DNA of 63,453 nucleotides, the filler included, from Choristocarpus tenellus KU-1152 (taxonomy: Eukaryota; Protista; Phaeophyceae), in assembly GCA_964200185.2 (NCBI GenBank). It is 9 parts of 9 records of this genome, joined end to end, with 100 filler letters (N's around TTAATTAATTAA, not from the genome) between each part and the next. Parts side by side here need not be neighbours in the genome. Positions count along the whole stretch, not along the records: positions 32,971 to 52,829 come from CAXNAD020000439.1; positions 52,930 to 57,693 come from CAXNAD020013150.1; 7 more parts are not named here. One strand, written 5' to 3'. The notes under the pieces are model-generated. The model had not been told where the DNA came from and did not search any database. It worked only from the letters and a program-made list of their open reading frames with translations. A program made the position numbers and the translations under genes. Position 1 is the stretch's first letter. Each line of letters opens with the position of its first letter. Of the stretch, positions 40,152 to 53,624 are shown piece by piece.

Positions 40152-42838
40152 AGAGTTGAGACGAAGTCCAAACACTCAACAGTCTGCGAGATATCCTGTA
40201 TTATTGGTAGTGATGGGTGGGTGAGTGATAGTACTCATTATTCCACCGTATAATTATTGGGAGGATTTGTATGATACCATCATACTTGTGAAGAGGGGAG
40301 TAACTTTGCATGTTTAAGTTGATTTGTGATTGATTCTGTTGGGTAAATACTTTTTTCTCTTGTTGCATTATCATATGATAGCTGATTCTTCAGTTATGTC
40401 TTTTTACTTGATCAGGTTGACAAAAGGTTTACCCTTGGGATCTTTTTGGATCGTTATTAGAAATACAAGTACTGCCGTTACCAAATATAAAAAAAAATGT
40501 TATTCTCATAAATTTTTCTGTTCCCAGATTTTTGTTTGTATGAGATCTTGTTAAGTAATAGAGTGTACAATTCAAAAAAAATCCCTGAGATAATGCATAA
40601 CAATAATACATTGGTGCTAGAAAAACAGTCATAAACCACACCATCCCAGTCTGTAGTTTTTTATGGACGTGATTACTGTCCTGAACAATTCATGGGGTTC
40701 CTGATGCACATCACACTGCCAATAAACAAACCACTTCATCTTCAACTTTTCCCATCTGAAACTCCCAATTCATTCCGGTTCATTATGTTAGGGTTGTGGT
40801 ACCACTTGATACCACATGCTGAATCTAAGATTCCCTTCCTAGAACATCTGATGATTTTTGCTTAGGCATTCATGCAAGCAATAGAGCACATAGATGAGAA
40901 TCAATCGAGCCCCACAGTCTTCTGTGAGAGAACTCCTTCAAAGGGAACCTTTTAAACAAAGGGACTAAGGAGGGGGAAACTTCCTACCCAACAATGGTGA
41001 AGTCTCTGCATGAATGAAGCAGGGCAAGATTTGCACGACTTAACTATTTGATTCACCCATATCTCAGTGTATCCAACACTGCAAGATGAGACCCTCAGTA
41101 GCCTTGACTCTTTTGCGTGGACCAACTACTGTATCCTGCTGTTTATTGGGATGGTTTTGATCCTGTACCTGGTATTTTGAATGATAAATCACTGAGGATG
41201 GCTCCTGTGGCTGATAAATCCAACGCAGGTACTCGTTATGAGGTCATTAAATTATAATGGTGCTGTCTTGTGAGGGGGAAGTTGTGTGTGGTGCAAGGTT
41301 TAAATGAATTCGTTGGTGGTGGTGAGGAGAGGAGGGGAACACTACTCTGTTGGTACACAAGTGCAAATGTATCCCATTATTTCATTGGAATTCGTTGATC
41401 TCCTGTGCTTACACAGTGCTTTTAGGCGCTCTAGGACTACTTCCATTCGTCCTATGGCTAGGAGTAGTCAATATGAAGAAACAGCAGGGCATAATTTTTA
41501 TTTCTTGTTCTGATGACTGTACGATGACATGCACCATAATGTATGTGGTACTATTGATAGAATGTTCATACTTCTGTTGTAGTGTATTATTGATACATAG
41601 TTTATTCCCCTTGGGAAAAGGTAGTGCTCTGGTGTGAAATATGTTTGTATTTGAGTGAACTGCACTATCGTGCTGTTGTACTCTATAGTGTGGTTTTGTT
41701 TTCTTGCTAGGCTTTTTTGAAGAAGTTATTCATCCAATTTCATTCAGTTTGTACTTATTTTTATTCAACTCTTCTAGGTACACGAGTGCAATTTGGATTG
41801 AGCACATTTTAGTGAACACTTTTTTGAGTTTTTTTCTTTTTTGAGAAGAACACACTCGATGCGTGTGACACGCAAGGTAGCCGGTCAATTCCACCCTCCT
41901 TTTCAGATATGGACACCCTTGACTATTACATTCATGTGTTGAGGCTTTGCGCCAATGCAAATAGGATGGATGAGTCAACCCACTGATGCGCTTTGGGCGC
42001 ACTCTTGCTACTTCCGGAAAGACTAGAGTGTATAGGGAACAAAATGGAACATATGAAGCATATCGTGTATATGTACAGTTATCTTGTTACTATCTGTTGG
42101 CGATGTCTGCATACTTTTTTTTCTCTGCAAACACTCTATATATCAATATGTGAATTAGAGTTCAGTGCTTGGGCAAAAGGATGCTTTTTCGAGGTACAGT
42201 TGTTATGTCACATAATAATATAGAGCAGTTTCTTATCTCTGGTTGTCCTCTCCTGTTGCTGTAGAGCTGGTAATAGATCCAGGGTTAGGGATTTTTGGAG
42301 CCAGTAAGCACAACATCTACATAGCAAGGAAGAGTGGTGTGCTATTTTTTGGCTCATTTCTTTTGTATGTTGCCTCTTGTTTAATGTATTGAAATAGAAG
42401 CACGTGCACACATGGCGAGGTGAGGGGCCCTGCCCCAACCATGAAAAAAATAGACTTCTGCTTGTTGAAGGGATCTTTCTCCACTGAGAGAAAAACACTA
42501 TCTCTGGCAGTTAATATCAAGTGGTTTTCATCAGTCCAGACAGATAGCATCAAGGTACAGGTCGTGGTCATAGGCAAACTGTATTGTGGACATGTTAAAA
42601 GACGATAGTTGAGTGTCATGGACTGACCCTGCCTACATATTATGTACTAGTCTGGCTTTGGTTCGACTTTGTTGGAACTGTCAGTGTCTATTGACTGGCC
42701 TTGTCAATAGGTGTTAATATTGATGCTGGACCAGCCCATGGCTACACAATGTTTAAAAGGTTTGGTCTTGGTTAAATATGTACTAGTATTGTAGTGTTTC
42801 AACTGGAGTGGTCCGACCGATTGGGTTGAACCATTCCT

Positions 42839-43012
42839 GGCCTAAAGTATCTGGGGGGGGGGTGGCTGTCCATTTGGGGTCAATTTTTTCACGTTGTGAT
42901 TTTTGGGTGATTTGGTTCCATACGTAGAATGGATAATGTAAATGCACTTTTCCTGATTTTGACCCAAATGGACACTCTGGTGTAGACCCCCCACCCCCAG
43001 ATACTTTGTGTC
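42839..43012 (+). mobile_element. MITE family B, complete copy
   Basis: GGCCTAAAGTATCTGGGGG ... CCCCCAGATACTTTGTGTC, flanked by TCCT/TCCT. Other copies at 3754-3771, 18477-18645, 52675-52829 and 57794-57836. Confidence 0.85.
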
Positions 43013-44411
43013 TCCTATCAAATATGTCCCCAGAAAATCCCAACTATATATAATACTAAACCTGTTTTATGTACTATATTGCGTATCAACCGCCCCTTTC
43101 CCCATTGTTGTACTATGTGTATTGTGTTGCATTCGCAGGCTACAGTCCCAATATAATCCCTGGCAGGCCCTAGTCCAAATGTGTCAAGAAAATACTTTAA
43201 TTTTCCCAGTTCTCAACAGATTTCAATACTACATGCTGGGTTATGAAAGATACCTGGTGTGGATATCTCAGTGAGTATTGGAACCAGTGCTGTGTGTGGA
43301 CTGGTCCCACTGGAGTTGGACAGTCTGATGAAAGCCTTGTTAATATCTGGGACAGACTGTTAGCTATGTTTTGATCAAAAAAGTTGTCACAATCCACAAA
43401 TGGGAGGAGAAACCTCCCAGATGGATCCTCAAAGTCACCTCACCAGTAACCTGCCACAGTCCTCAGAAGACTGATAGCCATGGGTTCAGATATACATGAT
43501 AGTGAGTAGAGAGAGGTGGATCCTTGCCGCAGTGTGTGTTTTCTGCTCAAAATAGAACGGGAAAAACCAGGTAGTTTAAACTCAAGTTCAAACACACTTT
43601 TTCTTGATTAATGGAATTGTCCCAATTCACAATGCTGTCGAATCTCCTTGTTTACCGTACCAGCGTTACAGGATGATCACCCAGTATAAGACAACTGCGA
43701 TGAGAAAGGCTCATTTGTATGTATATGTGTATGTACTTTGAGGAACTTCAAACAATAATCAAGTAAGATCAGACCGTTGAAGGACATGGGAGTCGAATGT
43801 AATACAACTTGTTTATGAGGAACTGAACCAAGGTTGTACAAGTGTGTGCACCTTTGTGAAAGGATGGAATTTAGAGACTTGAGGCCGCTGCTGTCAAGAC
43901 AGAAAAAAAAAAAACACTTAAACCGGAACTAGTGTAACCTGCAGCAGTACTGATGTATTGGTGATGTCTGAATCACATTTACATGGTGTCAGGAGTCAGC
44001 ACTGTTCTCAGCAACCATGTGGTCATGCCCAAGGTGTAAATTGAATTATTGTGTGGTTTGCAAGGTGGAACATCCCTATGTTTGGTACCCAAGTTTAAGA
44101 GGTTGCAATAAAGCAAACTTCAACTATTATAGTAGTCATGATTCGAGATGTCATCCATTTCACATCCACGAAGCAGTAGAGAGGGGTCCTTTACAAATGT
44201 AGCTTGTTTAGTCCACATACAGCAAAACAACAGTAGTCAGTCACATACACACACACACACTTATCACACACCATACGCTTTACATCCAACCCAAGTTGGT
44301 GACAAGACAACATCCTTTTTGACAGGGAGATCCACAAATAAACATCTCTGTGACTTGAACATGACCCCCACTATTCTACTGTCTTTTTTGAGACTTCGAC
44401 ACAAAAACCCA

Positions 44412-47400
44412 TTACTGGTGCCAGAAAACATTTGCTGTTCTGGAGAACAGTCCTCTGATGGTCCCAAATATTTCCTGGACTGCCTCCAACAGGTTTGCAC
44501 ACATTCCCTCCTTGGGTCGAGCACCATGATGTCTCTCCTGCCTGCCATGAGCAGGACCCCACTGTGCACCTCCTGTGCCCTGCTGCTTGCCTCTAGTACC
44601 CCTCTGACTCTGCTGCCTAGGATGCCGATCCCTTTGCTGTTGCCTTGTTTGGGGTTTCCACTCAGAAAGACGTCCAAGGTTAATGAAGGTACTGTAAGAT
44701 GTACCGTCATAGACACGTTCATCCTCCTCTACCACCGAGACCAACCACGGGTCCGATGGCTCGAAAGCAATGGGAAGAACACCTAGCATTGGGAACAAGC
44801 TGTTACCTCTCAAGTCCTTGTATTGGACAAGATCGGTCTTCAGTCTGGATGGCACCTCGGTCTTGGTCCAACCACTGTATTTGCAAAGTGTTGCTTCACC
44901 TAGCAAGGGGCCCGTCTTGCTACTCCCAGTGGAATGTTCAAATATTCGGACCTTGGCAACAATAGAACCATCCAGGAGCCACCACAGCGCCCCTGGGTGC
45001 CACACCAAGGAACCACTGAGTGTAGTGAGTACTTTGGACTCCGTGAGATGGGAGGGTACTTCCAGCGAATCCTCATTGGTTCTCATGAGGGAGACAGTGG
45101 TCGAATCAATATGATGCCATGCCCCATGGCCCCCAAAAGCCATTACCACATCAATCTGCACGGCTGACAGTCCTCCCACCCCAATCTGCTGCTGTATCAC
45201 AGCTAGGTTTGAAACAGCAGCAACTGCAATACTCGCCAGTGCCTCCTCACTCTGCTCTTCACCAGCCACCTCAACCTCTGAAAGACTTTCAGCGAAAGCA
45301 GTCACCCCTAATGGGTCTGCCAATGCTGACACGGCCAAGGGTATGCTTACTTTGAGGGTCAGATCTACATCCACCACCCCTGGCCAGCCTGGTCCCACTT
45401 CCTCAAGATTACGTACTGCAAAATCTACATCTACAGACGCAACCCCAAGCACACCATTACCCTCCCCCTGTTTGTCGTCTAGTGGTAGAGTTGTTTCAAA
45501 CACACCAATCAGTGAATCTCTTTGAAAAATACCCGAGCCATCCAGCAACCAGCATTCCTGGGCTGCCATTCTTGCCACTGCAATAGGAACCTCACCCTCC
45601 ACCCATGACTGTCCCTCATCCCTGCCTCCAGCATCTGATCCTGCCCAACTGTGATGTTCTTGGGCATCACCACCATTTCCGAAAAACCACATATCCTCCT
45701 TGGCCCAGAATTCTCTTTTGCATTGCAAGTCTGAGATTGTCCCCATATGAGTGCCACCAGAGCAGGACCCTCCACCAGTTACGAGTGAAAGCTCCAAACC
45801 TTCCATATCCCTTGCCCACTCCAACTCTGGACAACAAGCTAATATCCCTGGGTACCCTCGTTGGAAGGCAAGTGGATGTGCCTCTGCCCATACAACGTGA
45901 TCTGTGATACATGTGGTAGTGGTAGTCATAATGGGCAAACTGTTGGCTCCTAGTGTACAGGTGGTTTGAGTCAAAGTATCTTAGAGGGTAGATCTGCGTC
46001 TGTTTGGGGGCCAAAATCCAATGTTGCGATTGTGATGAAATTCGCCTATCGTGTCTATTAGGAAGTGCCAGTATCCTTGTTCCAGACACACCTTTTCGTA
46101 ATGTAAACATTTTACGTACTCTGAAACATCTTGGAGTAGGTAAAATGTCATAAAATAAACCATGGGAAGCCAAGCCCCAAACGGACAAACAGGGCAAAAT
46201 TCGTACCTCAACGTCAAAGGTAAGGGGGCTGTTCTATAGTTGAGTGGAAGGTTATGTACTCCACAAACACGATGCACTTGTCCGCCATCACAGACCAACA
46301 TGCAAATGTGTAGAGTATGAACTACTGTAGACACTGTATCACGCCACAAAGATCACCCTCGTAGTCCTTCGCAACATGAAGTATATCCACAAATACAACT
46401 CAGCACCACGGTCCATTTCACATCCTCAAGCTCTGGAGTCTATTACGGTTCAAGTCATGAAGTCCCTCAGAGAAGTTAGCTCCTCACCTTGTCCATGAGT
46501 CAGGAGTAGGTTACGGATAGAAGCGTGTGGTACCCACTGACGTCCAAGGTCCTTCCCAGTGTTCTGGAGCCATTCCACGACCCCCTTGTGTGGCCGCGCC
46601 AAGAAAAACCCCAAAGAGTTGGTTATCTCCTCGGCCATGACAACAACATCAGCCCCTACCGCCGTAGAGGAAGTCAAAAGCAACAGGTTAATCGAGGGTG
46701 TCCTACCAATAGTACAAAACGCTGAACGTTTTTTCAGCGTCAATCTCTCGGTCGATCTTGTAATACACACGCACAACGCGCAAAGAGCAAAGAGCAGGGA
46801 ATGACTGCTACCACGGCAAACTTGGAAAAAGAGACGAATATATCCAGATACGTAATACCAGCAGAATAGGCATCGCAGGGCAAGCTTGGTGCCCCTCCAA
46901 CACACTCTACAGGAAATGATACTTCACCTCCTGCCGCCCTACCACCCAAAACCGACAGATATATAACGTGCAGCAATATGCAGGTGTCTTAACAAACCGC
47001 ATGTATCGCAGTGAATTTCTTTCTGAAATCAAATCCACAAATTTCACCTGTAAGGTGGCGGGAGTTCAGGTGAGGTAGTGGGTCGGTGAGCACCACACTA
47101 TCAGCATCCACATACATGCCATCGTGCCCGAGCCCCACTACATGAGCGATGATTGACAACACCACAGGGATCTCTTTTATTCCATACACCTCTTCCCCCC
47201 TCGTATTTCGTGCAGAAACGCACAAAACCGCGCCCGAATCAGTAAGCTGGGGGGCATGTATTGCAGCGACGGAGTCAAGGATGTTGCACGTTTTACGCCC
47301 ATCTAATGATAGCACCAGCACAACTTTCTTGCGACCTGGAGAGGGATGAAGAGAATTCTCCAGCGTGTGCAATAAGTTGGCTGCCAGTGGAACAAGACCA

Positions 47401-47756
47401 ACCGTTGTGCTTGTCACGATCACAGTCCCAATACCTCTACCCAGTCCTTTGTCTAACAGGCGGTTAACAAGCCTGACATCGCCTCCTAGCCCTCCATCGC
47501 TAAGCACCTCAACTTCCACGTGACCCTAATGCATGTTGAAACACGGCACCCAAATGCAGAGAGATTATGGAGTGGCGTTGATGCTGGCACAATCAGGTGC
47601 TTTCCTTGAAGGCGATCAGACAAACACAGCCAATAGCTGCCTAGCCCTGACCTTGTGTCCTTTCTTTGCAAAGACTCCTGGAGAGTGATACAGGGTGCCC
47701 AGGAGAAGGGAGAGGAGGAAAGCGAAGCAGCGGTAGTATACTCTTTCCTTCTCCAT
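44412..47756 (-). CDS. Nucleotide-diphospho-sugar transferase (GT77-like, GT-A fold) with long C-terminal extension, ~746 aa
   Basis: Phase-consistent exons 47756-47652, 47525-47048, 46655-46488, 45901-44412. N-terminal hydrophobic signal/anchor FAFLLSLLLG, DxD motif in LGHDGMYVDADSVVLTDPLPHL, then ADVVV, NSLGFFLARP and HPLAFQRG. Confidence 0.7.
45968..46209 (+). mobile_element. MITE family A copy in glycosyltransferase intron 3
   Basis: Starts GAGTCAAAGTATCTTAGAGGGTAG with the shared internal sequence; right TIR truncated. Confidence 0.8.
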
Positions 47757-47978
47757 GCAAAATTCTATCTCACACAGTTTCTTTGTAGTTTAGCCACTAA
47801 CCTACCCACTCCTGATTCTTGAAAATCGGTCAACATAAACGCCATTTCACCAAATTCTGCTCAACTTGGATGCGATACAACTTTAGACAAACACAACCCA
47901 CCAGCGGTGTGTTGCATATTCCGATAGTATTGACTTCTTATAACGGACTTTGTTTTTTGCCCCCTTGAGGCCTTAGGC

Positions 47979-50900
47979 ATGGACTTCTATGTGGCAAAGA
48001 TCGCTGACAAGGACTGCAGAGGAAGGGCTGGAGTGCTTAAATTCAAATCTAGGTCTGGAGAAGGGGAGAAAGTGCTTGAGACTCCGACGCTTGTCTGCCA
48101 TTCAAGTGGAGGGAGTCCGCCCTACTTGACGCATGATCTGGTGAAAGATGTAGGCCTAAAGGCGCTTCATCTCAGCTACGCCGACTTGTGAGTTCCATAA
48201 CTGTCACAGTGATTCGACGTTTGTTCAAAAGCGGTGAACAGGATATATTGAAGGCTGCATGCACCTTATTCAGAGTGGCCTAACCGAAAAGATGTGAGCA
48301 GGTTCCCTATGATAATGGGAATAAGAGATCGATGGATAGCTAAATCTTATCCAAAAGGATACTCAAGGTATTTGGTGCAACGAACCATCCCCTTCCCTAC
48401 GTTCCATTGTTTAATCCTTCAGCGCGACCAGACTTGTTTTAACATTGCATGGCTCTCGCCTCAGGGAATCAACAGCGACTCTGCACAATTTCAAGTCCTG
48501 TGAGGGGGGAGATCATGGATCTCTCTGCCTCTTCCCAGATGTGGTGTCGATAATGTCTCCGACATCATTGCTGCAGGGGTCGGTAAGCTGTGTTACCCAG
48601 CACTGAGGAACTAATAAGGAACTAATAAATAGGATTGTGATGATCAGACCTTTGTTTGCAATAGAGAGGATCTTTATCCCATACACAAGGCCTTTTTGAA
48701 CTGTAAATATCAAGAGATTCAAGTGACTCGCACACCTCGTTAGTCAATGGCTATGCGTATTTACAGTTGTCGCTTGTAGCATACCATGAATCACTCCAAA
48801 GATTGACTTGCCTGGATATTTCTCGTACCACATCTAGATCATACATATGATAGTAGGAAGGCCCTCGGGCATAATACTACACTTTTCAGGTCTATGAAAA
48901 CTATCGCCTTGCAATCCCAGGTACTGTCCAATTTGGAGCGTTCACTCTCCATGACCCGACAATTTGGTCGATGGGTAGTGTCGGCACTACTGTGGTTCAC
49001 AAATCTCGGTGGTAACTGCTCAAAGCAATGCTAAAGTGATGCAAGAGGGCATCTTTTTTTGCACAAACTTGTTTTAGTTTTGCCTGTGCACTACCTCCAG
49101 AGTAGCTGATGCTGAAAGACTTTTCCAATATATCAAGAAAGTACGAACACACCGGTGCTTGCACACTCAGGAGAGCCCCTATCCTTCTGATGCTAACCCA
49201 GGTCCTACCTTCAGCCTTACTCTCAAATAAAAACTCCCATTGCATTGCGCTGTGTGCCTTTTGTGTAGCTGGAGTTAAGCAGCGCAACCCACCTGTGTGT
49301 GGCTGCTATGACAGGCAGGAAGACTGTCTCTCCCCAGGTGTACATGGATGTGGCCAAAACCATCCAGCCTGACATCTTACTTGCTCTACATGATGAGGTG
49401 TGGGAGTCCCTTCCTTTCACCTCATGCTACCATACATCGATTGCTTGCTGAATGCATGCTTTTATCTATGCATCTCAACTTGTGGTGTGGAAGTCCTGTA
49501 GTGACAGTTTTCATTTGTGTACAACGCACAGCAATAAGGCTACAAATTGTTCAAATCAAGAAAGTTCTGTAGAGGGGTGCCTCACCTGTTGAGGGTGAGA
49601 GATACAGACCCTGTAAGGATGATTCTGCAGAGCTTCACTTTCACTCTCTCATTTCTATGTTCAGGAAGTCCATTTTTCTTTTTTTCCTACAGGAATGCCT
49701 ATATTGCTACCTTGTTTATGATCTGTTCTATCCAGGCTGATGTGGAATTTAAAGGCCTATATAAAGTGTTTGTTCCAGGTTTGAGAGGCACCAAATCAGG
49801 TTCAGTCTTATACCCTCTATACAGCCGGTGTGAACAACTCTCTGTCAATCTAGCTTCCCACAAAGCATCCTTTCTAGCAAGAAGAGCATCTTAAAACTTC
49901 AGGCCACTGGTAGTATCAAGTAGAGCAAGGGCACAAAAATTCATTCCATATTTATATGTGTGTGTGTGTCTCAACACTGTACTGATATCTCACTTTGCTC
50001 TCTTCCCTCACCTCTACCTCGATCCCCTCCCATGCCCCTTAACCAAATCCAATCTCTCATTTTAAACTGTTGTTCATGGTGGTTGCTTTGGGGGGTGGGG
50101 GTGGAGGGCGCCAGATCTCATATTCAAGTGGGGCAAATCGCCATCGGAAGGCATGGACCCGATCCTTGGACTGGCTAAACGCCTGCTCAGTCGCCCTCAG
50201 TGCAGGAGCTACAGGATGTAACAGGAACAATAGACAGGGTGACAAAGAAGAAACAGAGGAAGTTGGAGAAGAGCAAAAGTCTACGGGCAAGGTTACGTAT
50301 GATGTTGACAGAGTAGTGAGCACTAGTTGTAATAGTGAGCCCTTGCGGCATCCGGCACTTTTTGGTGTTGTGATTGGGGGCAATGACTGCCAGGCAAGGA
50401 GAGACTGCGCAACAGAGTTGGCCGCACACAAGGACCTTCAAGGTCAGTGTTCCCCCCGACTCACACCCCGCTACAAAGACCATAGCATTTATTTTATTAT
50501 TTTCCTCTTGTTGTTGGCTGTCGTATTTGATCAGCAGCTGTGGTTAGGAATGCATGATGTTTTTGGCATTGGTGTTGGTGTTTGTCCAGTCTTTGTCATG
50601 TTGTGTGTGTGTGTATGTGTGTTTTACAGTATTTTCCCCTCTCCCGCCACCCTACTCCCCAAAACGTGCCTGTAATTAGTTGTCATTTATCCACTACAAG
50701 GTAGTAGGCCTCTTATTGCTGAACTACCCCAAAAGCATAGAAAAGTAAAGGGGGATCAGCATAGATTCATGAACTTGAGTTTTTCCATAGGATACAATGG
50801 GAGCTCGCCAAGTTTTGTAGAGGAGGTCCTTTTGGGTAATCATCAATCTGTTGTGCAAGCACAATTTGAGACCTCACCAATGCCTGATACATGTAAGAGA

Positions 50901-52503
50901 GCGAGAGATGGGGATGTATAGGGGAACTTGCCTTATCTCTACAGACAGATCTACTTGAATACCTCTTTATGACGTACCTTGATATGGCAAAGAAGTGTTG
51001 CAAAATGCACAACATACTTTTGCCTTCTCCTACCACACAGGATTTGTGATTGCCGGCATTGGACTTGGACAGGGTCGGGAGGAGATGCGCCAAGCCCTGG
51101 AGGCTGCAACAGGGGTTCTCCCTGAAGGTGCACCTAGGGGTGTTACCTCTGTTAGCAGTCCACTGGAGGTTTTGGAGGTGAGTGTGGGCCCTTGCTGCAA
51201 GACGCAAAAGCACCTTAGTGGGATGCTCTCCAATCGTGGGCAAACACCTTCACAGACTTTCAATCTCCTGCATCCTTAAGAAGACATCGGCACAGTGGAG
51301 AGACAGGGTTTGAGGGGAGGGAGAGGGGTGGAGAAGGGTCAGGGCTATTGCACCAAGGATGTTGGCAGGAGTGAATTCACAAGAGTGTTTGTTAATTCAC
51401 AGGATGGGAAATTTGTTTGTTAGGCATGGGTTGAGACGGTGGAATCCCCTGCCTCCCATCTGCATTGATCACTCGCACACCCCTCATGCCCCCTATCCCT
51501 CCTCAAACACACCGTTGCCCTGATTCTCCCTCCTCTGACTCCAAGGCAGTGTCAGCTGGCGTGGACCTTATTCATAGTGCCCTACCAGACACCTTGACCA
51601 ATAATGGCAGTGCCCTCACAATGCTTCTGGTTGATCCTGGCGAGCCAGTCGTGGAGGAGGCAACCAATGAAAAAGAGCCTGTGAGAAAGAGGCATCGGGT
51701 GCGTCTTGTGGTAGTGGATAAATGGGGAAAATCTTGGTGGTTTTGTTGAGAGTGCTGCATTGGTACCTCTCTGTGGTTGTTTAGTTCCCCCAGGTGGGTT
51801 TGGGAAGGCACACCCTTTTGGCTGATCACCTTGAGATGGTTAAGATGGGATATCTATGTGAGCAGTATGGTGAGCACTTTGTGTGGAATTGGTCATGTTT
51901 GGTTGTCTATATGTGTGAGCCTGTCTCGGTGAATTTGAACCCTTTGGCACTTCCCTTCATCCTCGTACACAAGTCATGTTGTGAAGTGTACTTCTTACCT
52001 TGTACTTTGAAGTGCTCGTGTATTACAGAACTATTTTGTAGTGCGAAGTATAGAAAAGCAGTTAGACATGATCGGCATACCAAAGAAAACTAATCATCTA
52101 CTTTAACACAAAACCCTCAGGAGACTACTATTGTCTCAACTTTCCTGCTTCAGAAGCCCATGTGCACACCTTGAAAGACGCTTCCTCTCCAATCCAACCA
52201 CAATGCACACTATGCTACTGTACCCCCAAAAATTTCCACACCTTGGCTTGCAAATGCAGATGAGTGTGTGATGACGTCCTCACCTGCGTCATTGTTCTGT
52301 GTTACATTTTCCCCTAACTCTCTCCACAATGCCTTCTCAAGACCTTAGACCTTACTTCTGCTGGACCGATTTTGAACCTGCACGAGCATTGCTACCGTGA
52401 AGACAAGAGATCATTGGTGGAAGGTTGCACCTGCCCGTGCTGTCGCTCACACAGTCGAGCGTACATTCACCATCTGCTCGTTACCAAGGAGATTCTGGGC
52501 CAG
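47979..52503 (+). CDS. QTRT2: Queuine tRNA-ribosyltransferase accessory subunit 2 (seven exons, 412 codons; last exon missing)
   Basis: Phase-consistent exons 47979-48187, 48465-48582, 49269-49397, 50115-50442, 51041-51177, 51546-51698, 52342-52503. Motifs GRAGVL..LETP, GSPPYLTHD, GRKTVSPQVYM..IQPDI, LFGVVIGG, GVDL and the Zn site CTCPCCRSHSRAYIHHLL. No catalytic DSGG motif, hence the accessory subunit rather than QTRT1. Confidence 0.9.
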
Positions 52504-52674
52504 GTGAGACTAGCTATTACAACTACCTTGCTCTCCTAGCCGATCTTCTGCCTTCTGGGCCCTATCGCTGATTTGGGTGTGGTCTCACATCTCTGGCATA
52601 CATCATCAGTATCTAATGTTGCTCATGGAAGCGTGTACTAGCTAAGTGTGGAGATGTCATTGTGTGTTGAGAAA

Positions 52675-52829
52675 GGCTCAAAGTATCTTGGGGGGAGCGG
52701 CATCTGTCCATTTGGGACCAATTTTTTCATGTCGCGATTTTTTTGGTGATTTGGTTCCATATGTCAGATGGATAATGAAAGTGCACTTTTCCTGGTTTTG
52801 GACCAAATGGACACCCTGGTGTAGACCCC
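52675..52829 (+). mobile_element. MITE family B copy (truncated by contig end)
   Basis: Starts GGCTCAAAGTATCTTGGGGG; similar to 42839-43012. Confidence 0.8.
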
Positions 52830-53624
52830 NNNNNNNNNNNNNNNNNNNNNNNNNNNNNNNNNNNNNNNNNNNNTTAATTAATTAANNNNNNNNNNNNNNN
52901 NNNNNNNNNNNNNNNNNNNNNNNNNNNNNCCCCTGCGAATGTTAGTAAGTTGGAAAAGCCTTGGCAGGGTTGTGTCATCGAGAGCTCGGCCCCTCTTACG
53001 TGTCTGAAACTATGTATGTATATATATGTAGCACTCCAATGCTGTTAACGTCTCTATTATTTTTGGGGAGAGGCATGAACATCTACGTATCGGCCAGGAA
53101 GCTTGGCAAATGACCTTTTACATTCTTCTGTCTTGTAGAAAAGCATTGAGTTTTGCTTGTGTAGCAACTTGGTTTGCGGTACTCGTAGTGAGGTTGTCCC
53201 CCCAAACCCCAACCCTAACCTTACCCCCCCCCCCCCCCCCACCCCCCCCCCACCCCCCACATCACCCNNNNNNNNNNTTCGACTCTTGTCTCCCCTGCAC
53301 CCTTACAAGCCCCATTCTTCCTCTCTCTCTCTCTCTCTCCCCCCCCCTCTAACCCTATCACTACCGAAAAAGTCCACAGCATTCACGGACTGCTTTGTAA
53401 GAAGTGGTTTTGCTATTCTCAGCGTTGGCTGGTGCTTTCTTTGACACCTTGAGGTTAGGGTTAGGGTTATTCGACTCTTGTATCCCCTGCACCCTTACAA
53501 GTCCCATTCTTCCTCTCTCTCTCTCTCTCTCCCTCTCCCTCTCCCTCTCCCTCTCTCTCTCCCCCCCTCTCTCTCCCTCTCCCTCTGAACAAAAAAATAT
53601 ACTTTTTGTGTTTCTTTTGGTTAG

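Noticed and set aside
43430-43480. In-frame TGA (GYW*GDF) as selenocysteine
   Set aside because: No redox motif, no selenoprotein similarity and no SECIS identified.
53278-53585. Direct duplication of ~60 bp upstream of the dynein exon
   Set aside because: It abuts a scaffold gap and poly-C tract, so it is probably an assembly or haplotype artefact.
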